Positions 54,434-64,000 of a DNA stretch of 64,000 bases are shown here, piece after piece. This stretch comes from an uncultured Gemmatimonadales bacterium (GTDB taxonomy: Bacteria; Gemmatimonadota; Gemmatimonadetes; Gemmatimonadales; GWC2-71-9): the NCBI GenBank assembly GCA_963844035.1, contig CAWJMT010000004.1, positions 1 to 64,000 of the forward strand. Reading direction: 5' to 3'. Within the stretch, counting starts at the first letter, position 1, and each line of letters opens with the position of its first letter. Under the pieces are notes generated by a model, which made no database searches, was not told the DNA's origin, and saw only the letters and a list, made by a program, of their open reading frames with translations. Position numbers and translations under genes: made by a program.

Positions 54434-54691
54434 ATGCACGACTTCGATCTCGTTGCCCTCGGCGGTCTGGCCCTCGTGAGCCTGGTCGTTCTCAAGGTGC
54501 TGGGACCCCTCGCGAGCGCCGTAGCCAAGCGCATTGCGGGCACCGCTGCGAGCCCAGCCGTCACCGACCCTTCAATTCCTGAACTTCGCGAGGAGGTCGA
54601 GCAGCTCCAGGAGCGGGTCGATTTCCTCGAGCGAGCGCTCGTCGCTCGGCAGCGGCCGCCCGAGCTGCCTCACCCTCGAACCCCTGTTTAG
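54434..54691 (+). CDS. Small membrane-anchored coiled-coil protein
   Basis: N-terminal TM helix followed by LREEVEQLQERVDFLERAL; TAGAAT 7 nt upstream. Confidence 0.8.
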   Translation: MHDFDLVALGGLALVSLVVLKVLGPLASAVAKRIAGTAASPAVTDPSIPELREEVEQLQERVDFLERALVARQRPPELPHPRTPV

Positions 54692-54712
54692 CCGGGAAAC
54701 TACCGAAACCCC

Positions 54713-54991
54713 ATGCCCCGATTCCTCATCGAAGTCCCGCACGAAGGCACTAAACAGGACTGCATTCGCGCGGTCGAGGTGTTCCTGCGCACCGGATCCC
54801 ACTACCTCACCCACGCCGATTGGGGCTGCAAGGACGGTGACCACAAGTCCTGGATGACGGTCGAGGTGGGCAGCAAGGACGAGGCCCGGAACATCGTGCC
54901 GTCGGCGTACCGCACGGTTGCGAAAATCGTCCAGCTGAACGGTTTCTCGGTGCAGGACCTGGAGAACATGCTCGGCACGCACGGGAAGTAG
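54713..54991 (+). CDS. Small hypothetical alpha/beta protein
   Basis: MPRFLIEVPH..C..HADWGCKDGDHKSW; codon usage is host-like. Confidence 0.75.
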   Translation: MPRFLIEVPHEGTKQDCIRAVEVFLRTGSHYLTHADWGCKDGDHKSWMTVEVGSKDEARNIVPSAYRTVAKIVQLNGFSVQDLENMLGTHGK

Positions 54992-54994
54992 ACG

Positions 54995-55426
54995 ATGGTC
55001 AACCCGCCCAGCACCCTTCGCGTCGTTCGGATTCTCCACGCGGCGATGCTCGGCGGCCTGGTCGCGACCGGCGGGACGCTCGTTCTGGTGCGCCGCCTGG
55101 TGCCCCTGCCCGCCATGGGCGACAGCCGTATGCTCGCTCCGGTCCTGACCACGGCAGCGGGCCTGTTACTGACGGTCGCGTGGCTTGCGTTGCGCTCGAG
55201 AGTTCCGGCCCGTCGATCGGAGCAGAGCGCCGACGCTTACTGGGGCGTGCCGAGCACGCGGGTCGGCGCCATTGTGCTGTGGGGCGTGGTGGAAGGCGCA
55301 GGCGTGATCGCTGCCGTCGGCTTTTTCCTCACCGGAGGAGGGACGACCGCAGCGGCCTATGCCCTCGCGCTCGTCACCCTGGTGCTGTTGGGACCGGGTC
55401 GCCTGCAAGGGGACGACGCGTCCTGA
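54995..55426 (+). CDS. Hypothetical membrane protein (4 TM)
   Basis: Four hydrophobic segments, WGVVEGA. Confidence 0.72.
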   Translation: MVNPPSTLRVVRILHAAMLGGLVATGGTLVLVRRLVPLPAMGDSRMLAPVLTTAAGLLLTVAWLALRSRVPARRSEQSADAYWGVPSTRVGAIVLWGVVEGAGVIAAVGFFLTGGGTTAAAYALALVTLVLLGPGRLQGDDAS

Positions 55427-55512
55427 GCATCAGCTCCTCGCACCTCGAAGCCGCCAACGTGACTACCTTGATCCCATGGGTTTCGCTGTCCCTACCCCAC
55501 GAGGAGTCACCC

Positions 55513-55680
55513 TTGCCCAAGCGCAACTACGGATTCGAGAAGCGTCAGAAAGAGATCAAACGGCAGCAGAAGAAGGAAGAGAAGAAGCAGAAGAAGCTCG
55601 ATCGGGCGAAGGAAGCGGGGGAGCCGACGCCGGATCCGAACGCACTACCGGCGAACGGCGATCAAGCCGTAACGCCGTAG
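55513..55680 (+). CDS. Small basic protein
   Basis: GAGGAG SD, TTG start, PKRNYGFEKRQKEIKRQQKKEEK. Confidence 0.72.
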   Translation: MPKRNYGFEKRQKEIKRQQKKEEKKQKKLDRAKEAGEPTPDPNALPANGDQAVTP

Positions 55681-55689
55681 GCACAACAC

Positions 55690-55713
55690 GCCCTCGGGGC
55701 TATCCCCGAGGGC
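55690..55713. terminator. Hairpin between convergent genes
   Basis: GCCCTCGGGG-CTAT-CCCCGAGGGC; no U-tract. Confidence 0.55.
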
Positions 55714-55728
55714 CGCTGAACACCGCTC

Positions 55729-56216
55729 TTAGAAGTTAAGCGAGAGCGAGAAGACGTCCTGCACCCGATATCCGGGGTCCAGCATGACAACGTTGCCGCC
55801 GATGATCGCGTACTGGTAACCACGCGGGGCGGGACCGTACTGCATCCACAGACCTGCGGGCAGCGGGTGCATCTGTCGGCGCAGCTGGTAGTCGAGCGGC
55901 CGGCCCACACGCAGACGGTTCTGCATGGCGGGCGACAAGCGATCCTGGTGTCTCCAGCCGCGGCCCTGGTAACGGCGGTTCTGCTGGTACCAGTTGCGCG
56001 TGGCCTGACGGTCGCGATCATTGAACTTCGTGTGATGCTGGCGGTTCCAATCGGCGCTCTGCCGCCCGTCGTACTGGCCGCCGCGCCAGCCATTGTCCTG
56101 CCCGTTGCGATTGTCGTTGCCCTGATTCGGTTCTGGTCTTGTGCCATGGCGACCTTGCCGGACACGGCAAGGAACACCAATGCGAATGCGCATGTGACAA
56201 CTGATCGTACGTTCAT
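55729..56216 (-). CDS. Secreted RcnB-like protein, frameshift near 56130
   Basis: Signal peptide, low-complexity N/Q/R/D region, LRVGRPL..PAPRGYQYAIIGGNVVMLD. Confidence 0.72.
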
Positions 56217-56458
56217 AAGACGATCCTTCGAAAGAGAAGCCTGGGGAGCGGTAGAGACTGAGAGAATCAGTGACACGCGCCCTCATCGACTCTAGCGACC
56301 GGCCGTGCCCGCGACCATCGGCCAACGGGGTGTCCACCATCATCGGCCAACGGGGGGATTGACACCGGGGGTGCGCGTGGCGCTGAACCCTCACCGCGGC
56401 ACCGGGTAGCACGGGGGGAAAGGTGGTCCCGTGAAGACTCCGAGCACTCCGAAGCTCC

Positions 56459-56929
56459 GTGGTGGCCCTGCTATCCCTTACTGCCTGCACGCCGGTCCGG
56501 CCCCGCGTGTCGCTCGCACCCGGAGTCTCGCTGAAGGGCTACGAGGTCTTCGTCGTCATGCCCGTCAAGGATGCCACCGGGGCCCGGTTCAATCTGGACG
56601 TCCGCGATTCCCTGCAGCAGCACATCGCCAAGCGGCTCCGGTCCTACAATCTTGTCGCGGTCACCGACTCCTCGGCCGATACGGTGGGAACGGCGGTCGT
56701 GGTGGTCAGTACGCTGGTCGACTTCCGGGGCATCCCGATGTGGCTGCAAGTACCCGGTGGGGGCACGACGGCGTGCGAGATTCGGAGCGAATTGTGGGAT
56801 AACCGGACCGGCAAACGGCTCGGGGAGATCGCCGCGGCGGGCCTGGAGGAGCACGGAACGCCGCTGTTCGTCCTGTTCCAGTGCGCGCACGATGTGGCCG
56901 ATGCTATAGAACGGCAGCTCCGGCCATGA
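56459..56929 (+). CDS. Putative lipoprotein
   Basis: LSLTAC lipobox; the 5' end may be frameshifted from GTG 56431. Confidence 0.68.
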   Translation: MVALLSLTACTPVRPRVSLAPGVSLKGYEVFVVMPVKDATGARFNLDVRDSLQQHIAKRLRSYNLVAVTDSSADTVGTAVVVVSTLVDFRGIPMWLQVPGGGTTACEIRSELWDNRTGKRLGEIAAAGLEEHGTPLFVLFQCAHDVADAIERQLRP

Positions 56930-56942
56930 GCGGCACGCTCCG

Positions 56943-58043
56943 CTACAGCTTGGGCTGGAACCAGCTCTTGATGTCCATATCCCAGGAGAGCTGTAGCGCG
57001 AAGGCGTAGCCGTTGGGCAGAATCGCCTTCAGGTCCTCTTCGACGTTGGACCACGAATGCCGGTAGCTCGCCTTGAGGATGGTGCCCGCGCTGGGCCGAT
57101 AGCCGATTCCGATCTCCCCATTGTAGACGTCCACCGCCCGCGCGATCCACACCGGACCGCCTATCGGTCGGATGAACGGGTAGTCATTGCGCTCCGCGCG
57201 GACCGCTGCGTAAACCCGAGGGGCGAAGGTCTGCTTCAGCTCGATGTAGTAGGTGAGGCCGTCGATCGGCTCGGTCCGGTCGGGCACTTCGTACTCCGAG
57301 AAGGCCAGCTCGGCACGCAGCTCGAAATACCCCCGGCTGATGCGCGTGTCGAAGGCCAGAATTTTCTCGCCATAACTCTTCCAGTCGGCGCCCGCCGGAA
57401 TCGCCGCGCCCAGCTCGTCGTTCAGGTATGGCCCCCACGTGACCGACGCGCCGATACGGAACTCAGGGATCGGGGTGTATCCCCCACCGAACGCGGGCCG
57501 CCACGCCGGACTGGGATCGGGAAAATAGTCCTCATGGGTGACGGGCAAGTCCATGATCGCCGCCCGGTAGTCGAAATGCGCCGTCGCCCCGCTGAACAGC
57601 ACACCCCACGGATAGATGACCGCGTACCCGTCCGGATCACTGATGAGGGGGTTCACGTTGGAAAGGCGGCGCTGGGCGTACGCGCCGACCGGCATGGGGA
57701 ACTTGCCGAACTCGAAACTGGCGAGCGGCGACGGGATCAGGCGCAGCGCCAGCTGCTGATACTCGATCTCGAGCTCGTCTGCTTCGTCCGTGGCGCTGCC
57801 GCCCGTCAGTTCGCCCATGAAAACCACCTGCACCTTCGGGTGCGGCGCGACGCCCACCGCCAGGTAGAAGCTGCCGAGGGTGGCGAATTCGCCTTCGTTG
57901 ACGCTCAAGAGCGGCGACGCCGAATCGGTGGACCACGCTTCGGCGTCCGCGATCCCGTTCACCATCAGCCAGTCCTGCGCCTCGGCCGGTCCGGCTCCCG
58001 CGACCAGCAGCGCCAGGGTGAACCAGCGAACGCGCGCCGTCAT
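56943..58043 (-). CDS. Outer-membrane beta-barrel (porin-like) hypothetical protein
   Basis: Signal peptide MTARVRWFTLALLVAGAGPAEAQ, amphipathic strands, GKFPMPVG, ends ALQLSWDMD.. Confidence 0.75.
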   Translation of the reverse strand: MTARVRWFTLALLVAGAGPAEAQDWLMVNGIADAEAWSTDSASPLLSVNEGEFATLGSFYLAVGVAPHPKVQVVFMGELTGGSATDEADELEIEYQQLALRLIPSPLASFEFGKFPMPVGAYAQRRLSNVNPLISDPDGYAVIYPWGVLFSGATAHFDYRAAIMDLPVTHEDYFPDPSPAWRPAFGGGYTPIPEFRIGASVTWGPYLNDELGAAIPAGADWKSYGEKILAFDTRISRGYFELRAELAFSEYEVPDRTEPIDGLTYYIELKQTFAPRVYAAVRAERNDYPFIRPIGGPVWIARAVDVYNGEIGIGYRPSAGTILKASYRHSWSNVEEDLKAILPNGYAFALQLSWDMDIKSWFQPKL

Positions 58044-60475
58044 GACGCCACCGCCGCCGTCGTTCCGGGCTGGTCCAGCACTTCGCGAACGCGGCGGGTG
58101 AGGGCCTCGGGGGTGAACGGCTTCTCCAACAACTCGATGCCGGGGGCGATCACCCCCCGATGCACGATGGCGTCGTTCGTGTACCCGGACATGTACAGGA
58201 TTCGCATTCTCGGGTACCGGACCGCGAGACGTTCCGCCAGCTCGGGGCCGCTGCCGCCCGGCATGACGACGTCGGTGAGCAGCAGGTGGATCGGTCCCAC
58301 GTGGTGCTCCGCGATGCGCTGCGCTTCGTCGGCGCGGCTCGCCGCGAGCACCCGGTACCCCATCCCCTCGAGGCAACGCTGGGCCAGCACCCGAACGGGC
58401 GCCTCGTCCTCGGTGAGCAGGATCGTTTCGGCCCCCGCCGTGGTACGCACCAGCTCCGGACGACGCGCCGCTGTCACCCCCGGATCGGCCACCTGCGGCA
58501 GGTAGATCTTGAACGTCGTTCCCTTCCTGGGTTCGCTCTCGACATAGATGAACCCACCCGACTGCTTGACGATACCGTACACCGTCGACAGACCGAGCCC
58601 CGTCCCTTTGCCGGGCTCTTTGGTGGTGTAAAACGGCTCGAAGATCCGCGCCCGCGTGACGTCGTCCATGCCGAATCCCGTATCGCTCACGGTCAACAAG
58701 ACCCAATGGCCCGCCGGCATCGGCGCCAGCGCCTCGGGGGCCCCATCCGTGTAGTCCGCGTTCGCGGTCTCGAGCGTCACCCGGCCTCCACGCGGCATCG
58801 CGTCCCGGGCGTTCACCACCAGGTTCATCAGCACCTGGTCGAGCTGCCCGGGGTCCGCCTGGACGAACCCGTGCGGAGGCCCCCGTCACCGTCCGGAGCT
58901 CGATGTCTTCCCCGATCACCCGCTGCAGCATTTTTTCGATCGCCGACACGACCCCGTTCAGGTCGAGGACCTTCGGCTGCATCACTTGCTTGCGGCTGAA
59001 CGCGAGCAGCTGCTTGGTCAACGCCGCGGCGCGGAGTGCCGCACTGTGCGCCGCCTCGAGATCCTCGTAGAGCGGCGGGTTGGAGGAGCCGACCTCCTTC
59101 TTCACGAGGTCGATATAGCTGAGGATCACCGTGAGCAGGTTGTTAAAGTCGTGGGCGACACCGCCCGCGAGCGTGCCGACGGCCTCGAGTTTTTGCGACT
59201 GCCGCAGCTGCTGCTCGCTGGTCCGCAGCGCCTGCTCGGCACGCTCACGCTCGACCATCTGCTCCCGCAACGAGACGTTCGAGCGCGACAGCTCCTGGGT
59301 GCGCTGGGTCAGCTCCGCATGCTGGAGCGCCAGCGAGTCGATGAGGCGGTCGTAGGTAGCGTCCAGCGCACGGAGCTCTGCTGTCGCCCGGGAGGAGTCG
59401 AAGCGGCGCGAGTACTCCCGGGTCTCGGCAACCGATTCCATGAACCCGACAAAGCTGCGCAGCGGCGCGAGCAGCGAGCGGGACACGAAGGCGGCGCCCA
59501 CTCCCGCCAGGAGCACCGCCAGACACCCGTACAGCAGGAAGCTGACGTGCATGACCGCGTTGACAGGCCCGAGCGCTTTGCCGAGGGGGTGGAGCAGATA
59601 GAGGTTCACCGTGGCATTGTTCGCGTCCATTCCCAGGGGAAGCGCGGCCATCACGTACTGCTCCCCGTCGAGCCGGACCGTCCCGCCGCGGTCCGGTCCG
59701 GCGGCGAGCAGCTGCGCCGACCCGTTGCGAGTCGGGCAGCCCACTCAAGGTGGAGGCGATCACGTCGCTCTGGCGACCGATCACGATGTCACTGCCGAAT
59801 AGCTCGGCTTGGGCCCGGAGAAACACCTCGTCCAGCCGCTCACCCAGCGTCAGGGTCCCGATCGGAAACCCTTGCAGCACGATGGGCACGGAGCCGACCT
59901 GGAAGTAGTCCCCGCCGAATTGGGCCACGCCGAAGTTCGAGGCATCGGTCGGGAGCGAGGGATCGAGCGCCCGATGAACGACGGGCAGCGAGGAGAGGTT
60001 GGCGCCGGTCCGCGGGCCGCTTCCGGTGCCGCTCGCTGGCCGCCAGCACCCGCCCGCGGTCGTCGGTCACGATCAAGAGGTCCCGTCCAAGACTCGCGGC
60101 GATCTTCTCGGTTTCCCGCTGCACCGTCGTGAGGAGCTCAGCGCGCCGCCAGCTGCCCGCATCGGACTCGAGGCGATAGGTCTCGATCGCCGCGCGCAGG
60201 GTGGGGTTCTCAGTGATCACGGACGAGGTCCACACGAGTTGCTCGAGGCTGCGGTTCTGCAGGTTCAGGATTTCCGACTGGGACCGCTGGAGCTGGGTGA
60301 CGAAGAACCGCTGCGTGGTCGCGCGGATCTCGATGCTGAGTACGAGAAACGCGCCCCCCACCACCAGGGCGATCAGCAGCGTCTCGAACAGGATCAGGCG
60401 GAAGCTGAGCCCGGAGCGGAAGGCGGGTCCGAGCGCCCGGTCGGCGAAGGCGCGCAGCGAACCCCGGATTGTCAT
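58040..60475 (-). CDS. Membrane hybrid sensor kinase (periplasmic Cache-like, HAMP, HisKA, HATPase, REC), frameshifted
   Basis: Two TM segments, QSQKLEAVGTLAGGVAHDFNN, NARDAMP, TTKEPGKGTGLGL, TDVVMPG, EKPF. Confidence 0.86.
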
Positions 60476-61200
60476 CGCCCGGGCTGCCTCGATCGGCGCC
60501 GGCAGCGGCACGTCCAGATCCAGCGTGGTCGTTTCGCCTCCCCGGACGCGTACGCGCCAGCTGATGGGTTTGATGCGCTCGTGCCAGGCCACCAGCCGGT
60601 ACTCACCGGCCGGCACGTCGTCGATCGTGTACCGTCCCGGTGCCGCGGGCACGGTGAAGAACGGATTGTCGAGCACCAGGACAACGGCGCTCATATCGGC
60701 GTGAATGTGGCAGAACACCTGCACCGTCCCCGGCCGGTCGAACCGTACGTCCTTCGACGTGCCCTTGGGGTAGCGGCCCAGGTCGAACGTCCGGGCGCTC
60801 GAGAGCGAGAAGACGTTGTGGAACACCGGGTCCTCGTTGGGGAACGCCACCGATGGACCCGCGCAGCACGGCCAGCACATGGGGTGCGAATGCCTCACCC
60901 TTTTGCTGGATTTCGAACCGACGGGGGGCACCCAGCGCGTCGTCCGCCAAGTGGGACCGAATCGAGATAGATGACCACGTTGGCGAATTCGCTTGTCGCC
61001 GGCGCTTTGGGAGCCGGCGCCGGGCCGTAGTCCCCGTACATCCGGATGCGAGGCTTCCGGATCGATAGCGCGGGAGAGAGCGTCACGGTCCCGGTGATGC
61101 GGCCGGTTGCGGCGGGGGCACGAGACCAGAGGGCCCCCGCGGAGGGGAGGGCGGCCAGTGCAATTGCGATGCTCAGCGTCAGTCCTGCCAAGCGAGACAC
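60472..61200 (-). CDS. Secreted cupredoxin-like (MauL-like) protein with carboxypeptidase-regulatory-like domain, frameshifted
   Basis: Signal peptide, VVIYLD, QQKGEAFAPHVLAV, FPNEDPVFHNVFS, FDLGRY, FCHIHADM, GEYRLVAWHE. Confidence 0.82.
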
Positions 61201-61213
61201 TGAAGATCTCCTG

Positions 61214-62263
61214 CTACGGAGAAGAGGCGCTGGGGACCGCCGCGAGATCCCCCAGGTACCGTCGTGCCGCCTCCAGCACCTGGTGCTGCACGTCCGCGAG
61301 CGAACCCTCGGCCGACGCACCCGCGGCCTTGCGATGCCCGCCGCCGCCGAACCCCTGCGCGATCTCGGCCGCATCGACCTTGCCCATCGATCGGAACGAC
61401 ACCTTGATCCGCCCGTTCGCGAGCTGCCGGAACAGCAGCGCGAGCCGCACGCCGGCGATTTGTCGCGGGAACTCCACGATCCCGTCCAGGTCGTCCGCCG
61501 TGGTGTTGTGGCGCGCCAGCGCGTCGGGCGGGACGGTCACCCAGGCGAGTCCGATCTCGGGCTCCACCACCAGGGTCTGAAGCACTTCCGCGGTGAGGCG
61601 CACCTTGCCTTCGGGCGAGCTGGCGTACACCTCCTCGTAGATCGACTCGGGTTCCACGCCGCGCTCGAGCAGCGCGCTCGCGACCCGCAGCACCCGCGGG
61701 GTCGTGTTGGAGAATCGGAATCCGCCGGTGTCGGTGAGGATGCCGACGTAGAGGGCGCGGGCGGCTTCGGTCGGGATCTCCCATCCGAGCGCCGTCGCGA
61801 GGTCGAACACCAGCTCGGCGGTCGCCGAGGCTTCGGACGCGATCAGCCTGGGGCCGTCGGGGAGCGACCCGGGACTCACGTGATGATCGATGCAGACGGT
61901 CGGGCCGCGGGCCTTGCGCACGGCGGGAGCCAGGTCACCGAGGCGGCCCAAGTCGGCGATGTCGAGCACGACGACGACGTCGGCGGCCTCGATCTCCTTC
62001 GCGGCCCGGTCGGAGTGGTCGGCCCCCTCAGGGAGCAGAAAGACGAACCGCTCGGGAACGGGCGTCGGGTTGGCGATCGCCACGCGCATGCGTTGCGCGG
62101 TGAGGAGGTGCCACATGGCCACCTCGCTCCCCATACCGTCGCCGTCCGCGTTCACGTGGGTGGTGAGCGCGACCCGGCGGTCGGGGCCGAGGACGGCGGC
62201 GATCTCCCGGGCGGCACGGGCGCGCTCGGGTGGGATGGTGATCGGGGCACCGTTGGCGGTCAT
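61214..62263 (-). CDS. nrnA: DHH-family oligoribonuclease/PAP phosphatase NrnA
   Basis: HVNADGDG, IDHH, TDTGGF, KVSFRS, GGGGHRKAAG. Confidence 0.92.
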   Translation of the reverse strand: MTANGAPITIPPERARAAREIAAVLGPDRRVALTTHVNADGDGMGSEVAMWHLLTAQRMRVAIANPTPVPERFVFLLPEGADHSDRAAKEIEAADVVVVLDIADLGRLGDLAPAVRKARGPTVCIDHHVSPGSLPDGPRLIASEASATAELVFDLATALGWEIPTEAARALYVGILTDTGGFRFSNTTPRVLRVASALLERGVEPESIYEEVYASSPEGKVRLTAEVLQTLVVEPEIGLAWVTVPPDALARHNTTADDLDGIVEFPRQIAGVRLALLFRQLANGRIKVSFRSMGKVDAAEIAQGFGGGGHRKAAGASAEGSLADVQHQVLEAARRYLGDLAAVPSASSP

Positions 62264-62317
62264 TAGACCACTAAGATAGGGGAAAAGCTCCCAACTAGGG
62301 CCCCGAGGACGGTGCGG

Positions 62318-63773
62318 CTACACCTTCTTCGCCAGCTTGGAGTTACGCACCCCATAAGCAAAGTAGATCACGATGCCGATGCCGAACCAGATGATCAGCC
62401 GCTCCCAGGTGTGCCAGGGCAACGACACCATCAAGTAGAGGGCCGACAGGGCGCCGAGCGGTCCGACCAGCCACCACACGGGTGTCTTGAAGGCGCGCGG
62501 CAGATTCGGCTCGCGGATGCGCAGCACCATGACGCCGATCGACACGATCACGAAGGCCAGCAGCGTCCCGATCGACACGAGGCTCCCGGCCTCGCGTACG
62601 GTCAGGAACGCGGACACGATGGCGACGCCGATGCCGGTGAGGATCGAGGTGATATACGGCGTCTGGAAACGGGGGTGGATCTTCGCCACGAACGGCGGTA
62701 GCAGGCCGTCTTTCGACATCGTCCAGAACACCCGCGACTGCCCGAGCAACATCACCAGGATCACCGAGGACAGTCCCGCAATCGCCCCCAGCTTGATGAG
62801 GGAGGACATCCAGCCGAGCCCGGCGTGGTCGGCCACGACCGCGATCGGGTCGGGGACGTTGAGATCCTTGTACGACATCACGCCGGTCGCGATGGCGGAC
62901 ACGATGATGTAGAGCACGGTGCAGATCAGCAGCGAGGCGATGATGCCGATCGGCATGTCCCGTTGCGGATTCTTCGCCTCCTGCGCCGCCGTGCTGACCG
63001 CGTCGAACCCGATGTACGCGAAGAACACGATCCCCGCCCCGGTCATCACACCGCTCCACCCGAACTCCCCGCGCACCGGCAATCCGTCCTTGATGGTTTG
63101 CGGCGGCATGAAGGGGTGCCAGTTGGCCGGGTTGATCGCGTGCGCCGCTCCCACGATGAACAACAGCACCACCGCCACCTTCACGAACACGATGATGTTG
63201 TTGAAGTTGGCCGACTCCTTGATGCCGATCACGAGCAGCGTCGTGACGATCGCGATGATGAGGACCGCCGGAAGATTGAAGATCGCGGTCGCCGTGGTCC
63301 CGTCGGCGCACATGACCGCGTGCCCTCGGGCCCCCGCCAGCGTGCACGGCACGTCGATGCCGATGTCCCTGAGGAACGAGACGACGTACCCCGACCACCC
63401 GATCGCCACGGTCACGGCGCCGAGCGCGTATTCGAGCACCAGGTCCCACCCGATGATCCACGCGATCAGCTCGCCCAGCGTCGCGTAGCCGTAGGTGTAC
63501 GCGCTGCCCGGCCATCGGGACGAGTGAGGCGAACTCCGAGTAGCACAGCGCCGCGAAGATCGAGGCGACCCCTGCCAGGACGAACGACAGCACGACGGCC
63601 GGGCCGGCGTTCAGCGCCGCGACGGTCCCCGTGAGCACGAAGATGCCGGTGCCGATGATGGCCCCGATGCCCAGCATCGTCAGGTTGAGCGCGCCCAGTG
63701 CCCGCTTGAGACTGTGGTCGCTGTTGGCCTCGGCCTGCAGATCGGTGACGCTCTTGCGTCGGAACAGATCCAT
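62318..63773 (-). CDS. APC-family amino acid permease, frameshift near 63510
   Basis: GIGAIIGTGIF, CYSEFAS, GSAYTY, FFAYIGFDAVSTAAQEAKNPQRD, SIGTLLAF. Confidence 0.93.
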
Positions 63774-63871
63774 GCGAACCTCAGGGGACGGAGGGAGTGG
63801 AACCGAGCAGCGGGGCTACAGTAGGCCCGGGCCAGGAGCGTGTCAAGCACGCGCGCCGCCCGGGAGGCGCG

Positions 63872-64000
<129 letters not shown>

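Noticed and set aside
56943..59744. 933-aa kinase-porin fusion ORF
   Set aside because: This is an artefact of a frameshift near 58870. The kinase ends at 58040 and the barrel has its own signal peptide from 58043.
59840..60931. In-frame cupredoxin-kinase fusion
   Set aside because: An ATGA overlap at 60472-60475 and a stop in the adjacent frame suggest two coupled genes joined by an indel. A real fusion cannot be excluded without reads.
8000..63600. Frameshifts in many genes as programmed frameshifting or mass pseudogenisation
   Set aside because: They hit conserved housekeeping genes (hisB, hisH, purD, glmM, dtd, maf), often in G/C runs and without in-frame stops. This fits sequencing indels better.

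Overview
This is a very GC-rich bacterial chromosomal segment, most likely Gemmatimonadota (inferred from gene content and protein style). Many single-base indels split clearly conserved genes, a pattern typical of a long-read or low-coverage assembly. Core content includes tRNA-Leu(TAG), tig-clpP-clpX-engB, a hisC-hisB-hisH-NUDIX-hisF cluster, a PilB/GspE-REC ATPase, trpE, an FHA-GAF adenylate cyclase, maf-dtd, glmM/glmS, purD-mutM, late menaquinone genes (menG, ubiD-like, ubiA-like, ubiX), an ECF sigma with a zinc anti-sigma, mrp, nrnA, an APC permease and the end of guaB. Five signals stand out. (1) A 3,411-bp integrase-free cassette is inserted at the tRNA-Leu anticodon loop, duplicates the 5' half of the tRNA plus about 60 bp upstream, and carries GGCATAGTT tandem arm-like sites at both ends; a second similar element end sits directly upstream, suggesting a tandem cassette array. 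(2) A family of G-rich 7-8-bp short tandem or inverted repeats is inserted in-frame in housekeeping genes and a signal peptide. (3) At least 15 genes have a TANNNT -10 box only 5-9 nt before the start codon, indicating leaderless transcription. (4) There is an uncharacterised blue-copper protein / hybrid kinase / outer-membrane protein module. (5) A roughly 1000-aa secreted PLD-superfamily protein runs off the left edge of the window.
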